Assembly: GCF_963921235.1 (NCBI RefSeq)
Contig: NC_086097.1
Coordinates: 212,476,001 to 212,540,000, forward strand
Direction: 5' to 3'
Length of the DNA: 64,000 nt
Source of the DNA: Mobula hypostoma
Lineage: Eukaryota
Positions 25,095 to 38,490 of the stretch are shown piece after piece. How positions within the stretch are numbered: position 1 is the stretch's first letter; each line of letters opens with the position of its first letter. Position numbers and translations under genes: made by a program. The notes below the pieces were generated by a model. It had not been told where the DNA came from, searched no databases, and saw only the letters and a program-made list of their open reading frames with translations.

Positions 25095-25435
25095 TTGAGT
25101 TTAGAAGAATGAGGACGGTGGCTCTCAGTGAAACATATTGAACAAACTAGACAAAACATGGAAGGACATCCCTTTATATCAGAGAGGAAGAGGAATTTAT
25201 TTAGCCAGGTGGTGGTGAATCTGTGGAATTCATTGCACGGATGTCTATGGAGGCCAAGTCATTGGGTATATTTAAAATGGAGGTTGATGGGTTCTTGATT
25301 AGTGTCAAATGTTATGGAGAGAAGGCAGGAGAATGGAGTTGAAATAGATAATATCTTAGCCATGATGGAACAGTGCAGCTGACTTGATGGGCCAAATGGC
25401 GTAATTGTACTCCAGTGTTTTATGTTCTTATGGAA
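25095..25435 (+). mobile_element. CR1-type LINE 3' fragment
   Basis: gagtttagaagaatgagg...ggtggtgaatctgtggaattcattgc...gatgggccaaatggcgtaattgtactcc. Confidence 0.75.
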
Positions 25436-25769
25436 TCCGTCTATTTATTTATGCCAATTGAGTTGGTTTCCATGTGAACATCTACACCACCTCTTCATTG
25501 TATTTCCTGATTGATGAAATAGAGTAGACTTTGTTAAATAGCATTTTGATGGAATAGCTACTTTAACAAGAATCATAAATTGTGTTTTATTATATTTTAA
25601 AGAGATGAAACAGATAGTAACTCAATTTATCATTTCAGAGACTAGAACTACCTGCAGCACAAGCTACTTTATTACCTGCAAAGCAGAGGAAAGATAACAC
25701 TGGCAAGTGCAAAATTCATGAAAAGATAAGCAAAGCAACATCATTTTCTCTCCCAAGACAACATCAGTC

Positions 25770-26115
25770 AAATTGTTGCCTACAGGAAATGTTTGGTAGA
25801 CCATACCTTTCATGTGCCCTAACACCAGGCTCCTGTAAAGGGAAGAGTTTGTCAGGTGGACAAAGGAAAAGATTCCAGGATCAGTTCAAAAATGCAACAT
25901 CCACATTGAAGGCTGGGAATCTTCAGCCCATGACCACTCAGAGTGGACTAGGAGCATCCAGAACAGTATTGAAAACTTCAAAAGCATATATCTGGTGCAC
26001 TATCCACCCATCACTCCATCTGTAGAAGAGTTTGCAGTTATCACATTTGCCTCATCAGCCATAAAATGTGCAGTGGAAGTAAATTTATCTTTATTCCCGA
26101 GAAAGAGAAGAATAA
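25770..26115 (+). mobile_element. RTE LINE 3' fragment (decayed)
   Basis: GKSLSGGQRKRFQD...W..SAHD.S.W motif, ending in a gaaagagaagaataa tail. Confidence 0.65.
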
Positions 26116-27180
26116 TAACTATGCATTATATAGTAATTAATTAACATGGCTCCTTTGTGCATTAAGATTGATGTAATATTACTGAAGATTATGAGCAATG
26201 ACATTGTCTTTTCCTAAAACACCCACGTGAAGGATCTGCAATTTCCTTCAGTGAAACCAGTGTTGCAAAAATTCACAAGCCTCAGTCCAATACCACTTCT
26301 GTGGTCCTCATTCACTCTTCAAAATGCATGATATAACAAAATTCAAGGAAAACCATGTTTAACTGTTCTACTGTATGTACACATGAAAAAATTATAAAGT
26401 GCATAGTCAAATAGAAATTTAAACTGTAACAGGTATAAAACAGGTTGTTGATTTACTATTCATTTTGACTTAAAGTCTGAATGGATCTAATACTTCCAAA
26501 TCTACAAAGTCCATCCAGATTGTGATGCATATTTTTTATTTATACATATGGGACAAAGCACCCAATCAGGCAGTTGATGTTACTACAGTATAATCTTCCT
26601 GCATGTATGAAACTTGATCATCTCTTCAGCCTCTCTCCATTCTGATTTTCTTTCTATTCCTACCCGTTTTCCCCATTGATCTTCTTCTCCTTGTTACCTA
26701 ATCTGGTCCACAAGACATAATTTCTTTCCACCTCAATTCTCTGCAATGGTGGCAGATTGTGGAGGATGAAATGACCTTTACCATGTTTTCATGTATCAGT
26801 CCTAACATGCCAGTTGCAATACTGTACTTTGGACTTGCATTGCTAAATAGAAACATAATACAAAATGTATATGATCAGAACCCCCTGAGCACACAGGAAC
26901 CTCTTGGTTGGTATATTCATTTGGAATGACCTCTTGGAAATGGAAGGTATATAATCAATGATCACAGTCAAACACAATATTCCCATTGAAGACTCTATAA
27001 TATTCAATAAAAATTAAGTCCTCAAAGGTGGTGCTGGAATGCACTATTACTGTTAGGGTCTATCATAATTAAATAAACATCAAGCAATAACATAAGACTC
27101 TTCTATCTAAAAAGTCCACCCTATCAATGGTCCCCAACACTATTGAGAAATTGCATACTTTGTAACAACTGCTACTTTTT

Positions 27181-27383
27181 TTTGGCGCGTGCGTGCGAGT
27201 CTGTGCGTGTCTGTGCGCATCTGTGCATTTTTCCCTTTTATTTTACGAGGTTGAGTTGTGATCTTGACACGCAACCCGGCATGAATGGAAAGCATATTTG
27301 GGAGCCTACCCGACTGGTTTCGAACCCAGGAACCTCCGCTCCCGGGTCCGGCACCAATATCATTGCGCCACCAGCCGGCCCAC
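27181..27383 (-). mobile_element. tRNA-derived SINE with TSD
   Basis: Minus strand GGCCGGCTGGTGGCGCAATGA (A box)...GGGTTCGAAACC (B box) with an A-rich tail. TSD aacaactg(c/t)tacttttt is at 27164-27180 and 27384-27400. Confidence 0.8.
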
Positions 27384-28079
27384 AACAACTGTTACTTTTT
27401 AAACAAGTTTATAACCACAAAAGACCAAATTTCCTTCTGCTGAGAAAGCTTCCAATAAGATTTGTACATATGCTTGTCTCAAGCACTAGTTTCCAGTTAA
27501 TTAGTTGATAGGATTTTGTTTTGAAATCATATTAATTCCATTACTCTAGTATGAATTATCCATGTAACCTTTTAGAATTAGGTTTTACTTTTACTTGATT
27601 GGTAAGCAGCTTTGAAATTATTTGCCATCATATTCAAAAATCACCACCCAACTTATTGTTACAAAATAATGACGATGATTTGCTCTGAGCATTTTGATTG
27701 ATTCAGACTGGGAGATAGTACTTTTTTTCCCATTGCTTAAACATTCCATATATTATAATGTTTAATTATATATTGTGAAAATATTTTCGTCCTTTTAAAA
27801 TGTTAACTTCTTTTATTGTAGCACCTCTTGTTTTAGATTCCAGAAATGATGTAGTAATTCAAACTAAAGGAGGGTTATATGTAGCCAGCTGTACTTTAAC
27901 CTCTTTCATATAAATACTGTAATGATTTCCAAGATATGATAGCATTCCAATAAACTTACTGTGATTTTGGCAGGGTCTCAGCTCTTTCAAATACCCTAGA
28001 TGGATTTTACCCACTTTTCAAGAGAACTAAGCTGAACATGTTTTTTCAGTATTTTTCTATCTGGGAATATTTCTTTTAA

Positions 28080-28665
28080 AAACACAGGAAAATCCACTGA
28101 TGCTGGAAATCCAAGCAACACACACAAGATGCTGGAGGAAATCAGCAGGTCAGGCAGCATCTATGGAAAAGAGGAAACAATTGATGTTTCAGGCCGAGAC
28201 CCTTCATCAGGACTGAGAAGAAAGAGCAAAAACCAGCGCAAGGAGATTTTGGGGGGGGGTGGGGGGGGAGAAGTATAAGGTGTTAGGTGATAGGTGAAAC
28301 TGGGAAGGGGAGGGGTGAAAAAAAGAGCTAGAACTCTCTAGAACTGAGAGAAATAACGGGCTGGAGAAGGGCAAATCTGATAGGAGAGGATAGAAGACCA
28401 CGGCAGAAAAGGAGCACCAGAGGGAGGTGATGGGCTGGTAAGGAGATAAGGATAGGATGTTGCTCCTCCAAACTATGTGTGGCATTTAAAAAAAATTTCA
28501 ATAATAAAAACAGTACGCATTCTCTTAGAAATGTAAGAAAGTCTGTAGATGCTGGAAATCTAAAGCAACACACACAAAATGCTGGAGGAACTCAGCAGGG
28601 CAGGCAGCATCAATGGAAATGAATAAAGATTCAAGGTTTCAGGCCAAGACTCTTCTTCAGGACCC
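28080..28665 (-). mobile_element. Two tandem Penelope terminal-repeat fragments with degenerate hammerhead motifs
   Basis: gatgctggaaatc(c/t)aagcaacacacac...gaggaa..cagcagg occurs twice, each followed by gtttcaggcc(g/a)agac..ttc.tcagga (about 28185-28213 and 28635-28663). Confidence 0.75.
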
Positions 28666-29376
28666 TTATTCTCTTTGCATCACTTTGGCTCCTTGTTAGG
28701 CTGGGTACAGAGTCATCGTATTTTTGGTGTTAATAGATTTGCCTTTATTGAATCTGAATTTAGGATTGCAATTAAGCCTTTTAATTCCATCTAGAAATAA
28801 ATGTATTGCTACTGTCTTATGAAAGAACAAAGTTCAAGCTTGATGTTCTGTAACAGTTTAAGAGTATTAGAAAGCAGGATTATATAAAAAAAATCAATCT
28901 CACAACCAAGTTGAAAAGTTATCATTATCTCCTTGTCCCAGATCTGCCAGTAACGTTGAACTGCAAGCGCACAAGAATCAATTTATGTTGATTTTTCAGT
29001 AGTTTTCCTTGGTCAAGTGTACATTTGGGTTTCTTGCCACTTTCCATTGGTTTAATGGTAGCAATGGTGTTGGCCAAGTAAGAACAATGGGGAGGAACCA
29101 ATTGCATCAAATCTTAACTTATTTATGTGCTTGATACATCTTCTGCTAGAGTTTGTACTCTGTAGTTCCAGTGTGTTTTCCCAGTCACTTCAGCTCAATC
29201 AATTGAATTGGTGCACTTTTTGTGTATATTACGCAATGAATATTTCACACAATAAAGCCTCACAATTTTAAGCCAGAGGGATAACGCTTGCCCAAGTTTA
29301 AAGAGCAATCAAAAGAAATGGAACCTAATTCTAAGCATCTCATCAAAGAGTAGATTTAAATAGTATTCCTATCAAA

Positions 29377-30575
29377 AAAGGATCTGGTGTTTTCCCGGCG
29401 TATATGATGAATAAACTCTTCTCCGGTTTCCAGCCAGGTACAAGAATCGATTTTAACCAATGTTTCGATGACAAACTCTGCCATCTTCATCAAAGATGAT
29501 GCCTAGGCATGTCTAGTCTGCTGGTATATACACCCCGTTGTCTGTCCCTCCTGATTGGTTAGTTCTCATCCAAACAGGTTTCTAATGTCCCAACTTGTTT
29601 GCAATTGAATTCCAGTTATTACTTATAGCGTATCTATAATTGCTTATACGATAAGAGCTATAAACCTACTGACTTGCATGAAGTTACAGTACATGTATAC
29701 GCATGTGAGCATATATCTCTTTTGGGTTCTGAAGAATTTAACTAACATGCTAGGCAGCAACACTTCAGCTTTAGCTACTGGATCAGAATCCAAGAAAACA
29801 ACCATGTTTCGCAGCCAAAGGTACAATGTGTTTCAGAACAGGAAAGCTCTGCAGATGGCTTTGAGGGTTACAGCTAGGCAGAATTTTTATATACTAAGTA
29901 CTTACTTACTAATAACCTTGGGAGATCCCTGTCATATCTACAAATGAGGAGGAACCTGTTGCTACCACCTGTATTCCCCATATTTCCACAGTTTCTGGAT
30001 GGATCACCAGGACCCTAAAGAAATACCAGATTAATACCATCCACTAACCTGTAAAGAAGCTCAGGTCATAGCTTATGCGCGTCAAAGATTCCCTGTGAAT
30101 GTGGAGCAGTGTATATCGGCCAGACAGGACACACAGTGGAAACCCGCATCAAGAAGCACAGAAGTTGAATCTGTTTGGGTCACCCAGAGAAATCAGCTGC
30201 AGCAGAACACTGCATTTGCAATGGCTGTAGGATTGACTTTGAAGGCACAAAACCACTGTGGCGCGCTAACGGTTTTTGGGACTGCCTGGTAAAGGAAACC
30301 ATTGAAATGAAACTAGAGGAAAGGAATTTTAACAAAGACGAAAGTCTCGCTCTAAGTAAGAACTGAAATTCGACTGTAAACAAGGTGGGAGAATGGAAAC
30401 CCGATTGGAAGAGGACTAACAAATCAGGAGGTATATACTACGGGAGTATAGATACCACTGGAATAGACACACCCAGGCATCATCCCTGAAGAAGACAGCA
30501 GAGTTTGTCATTGAAACATCAGTTATAACCGATACTGTACTTGGCCGGAAGCCTGAGAAGAGCTTATTTGTCATA
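29377..30575 (+). mobile_element. Poseidon-type Penelope element 3' part (GIY-YIG) with an upstream inverted terminal repeat
   Basis: 30088-30366 reads IPCECGAVYIGQTG..VETRIKKH...KSAAAEHC...LVKETIEMKLEERNFNKDE. 29377-29630 is the reverse complement of about 30350-30575. Degenerate hammerhead motifs are at 29456-29497 (-) and 30483-30524 (+). Confidence 0.8.
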
Positions 30576-32369
30576 CAAGTTGGGAATGTTCAAATTCGCA
30601 CGATGCAGTTCAAGTACATTTTAGGTGCCAGGGCAAATAATTTTGTACATTCTTGTTTGGAAAGCACCCAGCAACAGAGAAAAGGACCACCGTTCCTGCC
30701 ATATGGCCGGCTCGCATCGAACTTATTTGACAGTCTGGAGGCCAGACATGCTTGTTCCTAATCCCAAGGCAACTTCATTTATAAACACCATGCACTAACA
30801 ATATTTTTATATTGTTCAGTCAGTCTGCAAACATAAGAATGGGCAGGTACCTGTTAACCTGGCAGCATTTAAGATTCTTTCACTTTATGATGGTGAGTGC
30901 TGCTGGAATTATTTAAAGGATTATGAATGCTACAAGGATGTGTGTGTGGATAACCAAGGGTTGCCATTACAGCTCAGGATCATGAAAACGAAGATTGGGT
31001 GGAAGTTTATTCAAATGCTTACAGTGAATGCATTGTGGCATAGTGATTGTATTTTATTCTATGCTTCAGCTCCATTGGCGGCTCTGGCAGGTTCATTGAC
31101 CCCTCTGAACTTATTTCCTCACACCTCAACACCAGGAGGGTTTTAAGACTTGCAGACACAAAATGTCTTATGAACCAACCACAGGCAGTTAAAATATAAG
31201 AGGAACAAAAGAGCATTTTGCTCCAATGGGCTTTTCACACGGATTTTCAGAATACAGGGGGTTGTACTTTAATTTTGTAGTCTCCCTTCAGCCCACTTAC
31301 TCACAGGTCCTCTCGCAACATTCAGAGACTAGTTTACAATTTGCTCCAAATTTGACAGTTGTGCAAAATATTACTAGATATATGGCTATATAATCTAGAG
31401 ATTTTTTTATTTCATGATATTGGCAATGTAATAAAAATGGCCATAATACGAGGACTATATTTTGCACTTCTTCAAACTGTAGAGTATTTTCTGGGCAGCT
31501 CAGAGGAAAGAGGGAATCTGAACATCCAATCTGAAAGGCAGTGGGAGAATTTTAACATTGTCGCTCATAGCATCAGATAAGAGTGGGAGGGTAAATGGGA
31601 ATAAAATCAGAGTGACAACCCAAGCCAGGAAGGACAGCAGTGCTTCTCTCCGCACATCACATTTAACAAAGTTCCCTGGCAACAAAGCATTCCTCCAAAT
31701 AATACCAAACACCCCACTCTCTCCAAGGCTGGGATCATTAACAAACTGTCACTGGAAACCCTGTTCCCTTTGGATTGAGCACCAGGCTGTCCCTGAAGTT
31801 GGGGCTCAGAAAACTCTACCTTCATCTCATGGGATTGATTCTTCACAAGTAAGAGATAAAACTCCGTTAAGTTTGAAGCTTCATCTCAATTCAAACTCCA
31901 GAGTATGGAGAAAATTCAAAACTCCTGTCTGAAACTACTAAATTACTACAGCAAACACCCAGTAAATATCTAAGCCAACGTATGTCTCTGACAGGGCTGC
32001 ACCCCCCAACCCTGCATTAGGCTGGATTATATACACAAGGAATAAAAACAAAACAATGCTAAAATGGGAATTGGTTTATTATTGTCACATGTACCAAGGT
32101 AGTGAATAGCTTATCATGGGCAGTGTCCATACAAATTAAATCATTACACAGTTAATCAAGGTAGTAGAAGCTAAAACATTAACAAGATGCAGAATGGCGT
32201 ACAACAGCAACAGAGAACTAGGTGCAAAGCAATAGTGAGGTAGATTGTGAGGCCAAGAGTCTGCCTTATTGCACAAGGGAATGACTCAATATTCTTACAA
32301 AAAGTGTCTTTGAGCCTGGTGGTACATATTTAAAGTTCTTAATGGCTCAAGCAGCATCTCTAGACAGAG

Positions 32370-32995
32370 AGAAACAGTGCAGTGATACAATGGTTAGAGG
32401 TCCAGTGAACTTGGCTTGATTCTAACATCAGGAAGCTGTCTCTGTCAAACTTGCATGTTCTCCCTTGACTATATGGGTTACCTCAGGTGTTCCGGTTTCC
32501 TCCCCGTTCCCAGGGACATGCTGGTTAGTTAACAGATGGCAATGCAGTGCCTCTGGTGAATGTGAGCTTCATAAGAATGGACATGTGAGAGAGAAAGAGA
32601 TGATAGGAAAATAAATGTGGAATAAGAATAAGACTGAAGTTCTGAGAGCTGACATAGATCTGATGGGCTGAATGGGCTCCTTCTATAACGTGGCAAAACG
32701 AAAAGTGCTGCTACCTGCAAGATTCAGTAACTCAACTTCATTCCTGACCTCGGTATCTGCATGGGGTTTGCATGCTCTCCCTGTGACCGTGTAGGATTCT
32801 TGGGTGCTCCGAGTTCCTCCTGCATCTCAGTGATACTTAGGTTAATAGATTAATTTCTCCTGGTTTTTAGGTGAATCAAGGGTAGAAGCAACGGGGGAGG
32901 AGGTGGAAGTTAGTGGGGAATGAGGGGAGAATAAACATAGGATTATTGTAAATGGGTGCACGATGGTTGGTGTGTTCTTGGTGGCTCCAAAAGTC
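32370..32995 (+). mobile_element. Two V-SINE/HE1-like SINE copies
   Basis: The core ttgcatgttctccc..tgac....tggg...cctc.ggtg.tccggtttcctccc occurs twice. Confidence 0.65.
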
Positions 32996-33777
32996 TTTGA
33001 ACTTTACATTAACTTTTTCTCTTTCTATAGATGTTTCCTGATCTGCTGAGTATTCCCTGTATTTTCTAACATTATTTCAGATTTCCAGCATCTGCTGTTT
33101 TTTTTGCTTTTCACGACATCAGAGAGGTCTTTAAGCTGTAGCTTTCAAATAAGGAGCAGATCTGCTACAACTGAACCAAGGTAAATAACATACAGATCCA
33201 TTTACACCAGTCGTGCCTTCCCACCACCAGATGATGCTCACATACACCCACGGAGCAACTCATGGAGGGCACTGGTGGTAAAAGCTCTTTAGGCTATGGA
33301 ACAAGTTCAAAGAATTTTTGACACTTAAAAGAGTTTAGCTGAACAAGTTACAATAATTACTAAAATCCAGAAATTGTAATGAGTAATATGCAAAAAAAAG
33401 TTTTTCACATCCATATTAAATTCAACAATCTTTAAATAATGTAAAACTACGTGTAAAATATTCCAAACCGGTTGCCTTCCTCGGTTTGTTAGTTCCATGT
33501 TCTAACCAACATTGCCACAGTACTAGCTTCTACACAGTGTTTTTTCTTGTTACCTTCAGCTCTGTTCATATCTAATTATTCTTCCTGCTTTTTGATAACA
33601 TGTTAATTGGCACATTAACTGTTCTAGCTGGGATCCTTTCTACATTGTCACTTCCCTAAGAGAAGAAGTAACAATCAAACTAATCTTCTTTACTTGAAGC
33701 TTGTTAATTTTATATTCGTATTTTCTACTTCAGTGCTCAAGCTGTCCAAATTAATTGAGTTGCCTGTACCTATGAAA

Positions 33778-34323
33778 TCTATTCCCCTACAGATTACAAA
33801 AAAAAAAAATCTGGATCTGTACTATCAAAGAAAAGCAATGAATTGCTAGTGGATCTTTTTGAGCTGCTGTGAGTGCCCTTAAAACAGTAAATAGTGTTTA
33901 TGCCACTTGTGCATATTTGCAGAGGATGAAATATGTGAAACAATATATTGGGGAATTGGGTGGTGCACGTACTGTATGGCAATATTCCCTCTACTTTGTA
34001 TTGACCAGTGCACAAAAATCTTCCAGCTGTGCAATTTTTTACCTAGTGACAACATTGTGCGCACTGAATAATTTCTTGAATAAAAACAGTATAAATTAGC
34101 CAGTTCTAAAATTTGTAGACAAACCATCACAAATTCCACATTGTCATCACCGTCCACATCAGATACCAGAAAAGGAAATGTGATTGTGTATGACTGCGAA
34201 ATATACTTAACATGCCAATGAGGTAGAGGGTGACAACTTTTTGTGCACGGTTTAAATTCCTTTGTGCGCTAGTAGCAAAAGATGTGTGCACGAGCACATG
34301 CACACACCTTAGTGGGAACATTG
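33778..34323. mobile_element. Possible non-autonomous hAT-like DNA element
   Basis: Right end cttagtgggaacattg resembles a CA(A/G)TGTTCCCTCTAA TIR, with subterminal gtgcac/gtgcgc repeats; the left TIR is weak. Confidence 0.35.
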
Positions 34324-34509
34324 CAGTACAGTCTACTGGAAGAAATTATATCGAAAGATCTGGTGGCTCTGCTGCACTTATGGAGTGCAGCTCATTAACT
34401 TTACATAACTTGCATTCTTGAAGATGTGCTGAGCATCCAGATGGAGCCCCCATTCGCTTTCCTTTCCCAGCCAGTGAAAGTAAGGCATCCCTCACAACTA
34501 AGTTAGGGG

Positions 34510-34780
34510 ATACAATGGCTGAGCTAGTAACACTGTGGCCTCACGGCTCCAGTGAACATGACTTCTGGTGCTCTCTGTGTGCAGTTTGCAAGAAGAATCA
34601 TTGGTGCTCAAAGACATGCAGGTTGGTATGTTAATTGCCCCCTAGTGTAGGCAGGTGCCATGAGAATAAAGGTGGTGATATTGGGCATGTGTGAGCAAAT
34701 ACAACTACAGAAAATAAGAGGGGGAATGAGATTGGCTTAGACATGATGGGCTGAGTGGCCTCCTTTGTTTCATAAGAAGT
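34510..34780 (+). mobile_element. V-SINE-like SINE (decayed)
   Basis: ggctgagctagtaacactgtggcctcacggctccag...aaagacatgcaggttggtatgttaattgccccctagtgtagg. Confidence 0.55.
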
Positions 34781-36115
34781 ACAACATATGAAATATATTT
34801 GCTAATTGAATCTTTTTGATTACTGGTACCATTCAAAATGGCTTGTTGTTTTCATAGTTTTCTAAAATTGTACAACTTTGTAAAAGCCTTCAGAGGATAA
34901 TATAACAGATGTTGAAGAATGTTTTTGTTGAATTCTGCATAAATCAGTTTCCGTAAAGCAGTGTGCAACACTAGACTCTCCGGTTGGAATACAATATCCC
35001 TGGGGAAACAAGAGAAGCACATCTCCGAAAGGATAAACTATAAGAAGTGGAAGAAAATTTGAGTTGGGTTCCCAGAAGGAATTTCCACCAATGTATTAAA
35101 GAATTAAGCCATCTAAATGAAACAAAGCAAAGCACTTCATTAAGGACATCCCTCCTGGTGCAAGCACACAGCAGCATCAGAACTAGGCAAGGGCTGCACC
35201 GCCAGAAGCTCCCTGGATGACTTTGTCAATGAACCTTTCTGCATCAGGCTCTTTCTGAGCAGGAGAAAGAAAGGTTTGTAACATTACACATTTTGCCATC
35301 TACCATTGTATGAGGATAAATAATGAGGCTCCCTATTCAACAAGAGGTGACTACAGTTTTATATTTGATTTTCTTGGCAGAGTTAGCAGGCAAAGAGCAC
35401 ATTAAAGACCACATGTTGCTTTGCTACAATTTCAACCACTGAACTTAGGAACAATACTTTTCGGCAGTCACGTGTCAACACTGCTCAACAGATCGGTGCC
35501 TTCATTTTGTACCAGATGCAGCTAACATGGAAAAAAACTAAAAGATAATCACTTGCAACAAGGAGTATCTGCTGACAATAGTGACTAATACCCCAGGCAG
35601 AATGTTCAGCATGCTTATAAAGAAAGTCATTTGCAAAAACTCTTTTGACAGAACAGACCAATGACGTGTTGCCTGGACCTCTCTGGCAGAGTTCTGCAAC
35701 ATAAGGCAAAGTGGGTGTCAAGATCTGTGCTGATCATTTGGAGGCTGTAACCACATTACTGTAAGGAAAGACCCTTAGTCATAGAGTAAATTTCAATAAC
35801 TGAGGATCAGGTGAATGAGGGGAAAGTAGAGAAGTGGTGGAGATTAGTTAGGCAGCTCTTAACCTCCCAGAATTATTTGAGTACGAAGTGGAGAGGGAGA
35901 TAAATAGAAAATGTTTAAAGGGAAATGGGTCAAACACAGGTAAATGGACTAGATCTGATAGGGATCTTATTGGTATGGATGAGGTGGGGTGAAGCGCCTT
36001 TTCATTGCTGTATAACTCTACTACTCTAAAATTAAAGCCACCAGACTATTAAATTTCCAAATCAAATTCTGAAGTCCAACCACGTTGAATATAAAAGTCC
36101 ACTGATAGTTCATTT

Positions 36116-36515
36116 ATTGATTTTAACTGAAGTTTCAATGAGCGACTCTGCCACCTTCAACAGGGATGATGCCTGGCCATGTCTGGTCCGGTGGTATTTA
36201 TACCCCCATTATCTGTCCCTCCTGATTGGTTAGTCCTCATCCAATCAGGATTCTGCTGTCCCACCCTGTTTACAGTCGAATTCCATTAGACAGTGGAAGC
36301 CTAATTGGATGAGGACTAACCAGTCAGGAGGGACAGGCGATGGCGGGGGGGGGGGGCATATAAAGATCAGTGGACTAGATATGGCCAGGCATCATCCCTG
36401 ATGAGAACGGCAGAGTCTGCCATCAAAACGTCAGTTAAAATTGATACCTGTACCCTGTAGAAGCCCGAGAAGAGTTTATTCATCATACATGCTGGGAAAG
36501 CCGTAGATCCTTTTT
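36116..36515. mobile_element. Non-coding fold-back element of two inverted Poseidon-type Penelope terminal repeats, 16-bp TSD
   Basis: 36116-36290 (-) and 36290-36515 (+) both match 30380-30575. TSD cactgatagt(t/g)cattt is at 36100-36115 and 36516-36531. Confidence 0.85.
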
Positions 36516-38279
36516 CACTGATAGTGCATTTCATTTCATTGCCTTAGTCCCTGTTTTATGCATCTATTAGGTTATCTTGGTTGGTGTTAACCTTAGTGGA
36601 AGAAACAGCACCTCTGGGCTTAGAAGCCTGGCTGAGGACAGTATCACTCGCATGGATTGCAACAGTCTGAGCTTGCGGCTGTAAAGCAACAGACAAGGAC
36701 ACAAACTTAGTGTATTTGCTGGATGGCAGGTTGCTTAATGCTTGTTATAAAAATGCCAGAAATCCTGGAAACACTCAGTGGGTTCAAGCAAGATCTGATG
36801 AAAGTTCTCTATCCTGAAAAAGCAAAGAGTGAACATTTACAAGAAGAATTTGGCCACAACCTGGCTGGTGCCTAATCACTCGATTCTAAATAGGAAAGTT
36901 ATGTTGTGTTACATCATGTCTACTTGTTTTCTCCTCTACATTCTCCTGACCCATGGCTGCTGATTGTTACTTGGGTGACTAAGTCTATTGCTTTACAACA
37001 GATTGCTACAGCATCCAGCAGTTCAACATAAATCTTGATCACAATAAAACTTTAAGCTTAGCTCTGCTTCTCCTTCCACAGATTCCACCTGACCTGATGA
37101 GTGTTTCCAGCTTTTCCGTTTATCATTTCAGATTTTTTGCCCTTAAAAAAAAACTTGCCATATGGCTCTGATGCTCCACAAACCCCTTTGCCTAGTGTAA
37201 TCCATAGCAATTCTTGCGGCAACTCAAGTTAGTCTTGCATGACAGCAGTCTGAATCTCCTCAATTTCCCCAGGTGGTGGGTGGCAGGTGTTCTTGTTTCA
37301 TTGGGAGTTGCAGTGTTTTAAATTAGCCTCTATTATTATTGGGTCCACAAGTTTCAAAATACAGTTGCCTACCACTGTCGGAAAGGTCAGGCTCCAGTGC
37401 TTATGCTGAATTTTGCACTAAATGGATGTTGTATTCCTCTTCCTTGATATTGAACACAGGCTTTCTGGTAGGCTCTACCATGCATCTAATTTTATTGTGA
37501 CAACTGCTTTCTACTATAATCTGCCCCACTGAGAAGCCTTTCAGGAACTCTGCAGCAGAACTAGTCATAGTCATAGTCATACTTTATTCATCCTGAGGGA
37601 AATTGTGGGCTTGCCTTCTGTTGAGATGGTGCCTACATTATCCTTTCCCTTACTTTAGTTGCAAGGAGTTCATTCCTGGTACTTCACAGACATTGCCTTT
37701 TTTGTTTTGCTTTTAATTGCCTGCAATATCATCATCATCTGTATACTGTAGCTGTGAGAGTGAAAACAAACAGTATGTAATCACCATTGCTGTCTTTTTG
37801 CTGTTCCTGTAATTAAATGTATATTTTGAGTACAGAGAATAAAACAGGTACAATGGTGCTACTGTGGTGCTGGAAGTGGAGAAAGTAAGAGGTGGTTGCT
37901 TGAGATAAATCAGAAATGTACAATGTGGGAGGTGTGTGAGGAACAGAATAACGTGGGTAAGTATCCTCGTCTTAGTGATTTCAGCAGCATTCCTGATGTG
38001 GACTGAATAATGTTCAGACCCATAATAACCTACACCATTTCCTCAATGGGGTTAGGAAAAGCAAAAGCACTTTTCCTCCTCCAGTTAGTACACTGCATTG
38101 CCCTGTAATAGAAAGGGAAATACATCAGCGAGTGTTGTGCAATATATTTGGCTGATATAGCTGTTGTGGTAGGTAGTCCACAACCTGAGAGAATATTGAT
38201 AAGCGTGTGAGGCGAAGGTGAAGCAGATGTTAACAGGTTATGGTTGTAAGTGATAACTGATAGAGAGGAGGTGAATTTT

Positions 38280-38490
38280 CTATTTTATTTAGAGATAAGG
38301 TGCAGAGCAGGTCCTTCCTGTCCTTTGAGCTACACCACCCAGCAACTCCTAATTTAACCCTAGCCTAACACCAGGACAATGCACACTGACCAATTAATCT
38401 ATCAACCAGTAAGTCTTTGGACTGTGGGAGGAAACCAGAGCGCTTGGAGAAAACCCACGTGGTCATATGGAGAAAGTACAAACTCCGAAC
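38280..38490 (-). mobile_element. V-SINE-related repeat
   Basis: gtctttggactgtgggaggaaaccagagc...aaacccacgtggtcatatggagaaagtacaaactcc is the reverse complement of the core at 45335-45420. Confidence 0.7.

Noticed and set aside
27290..27383. tRNA gene
   Set aside because: It has A/B boxes but continues into a SINE body with a tail and TSD, and a related copy lies at 645-796.
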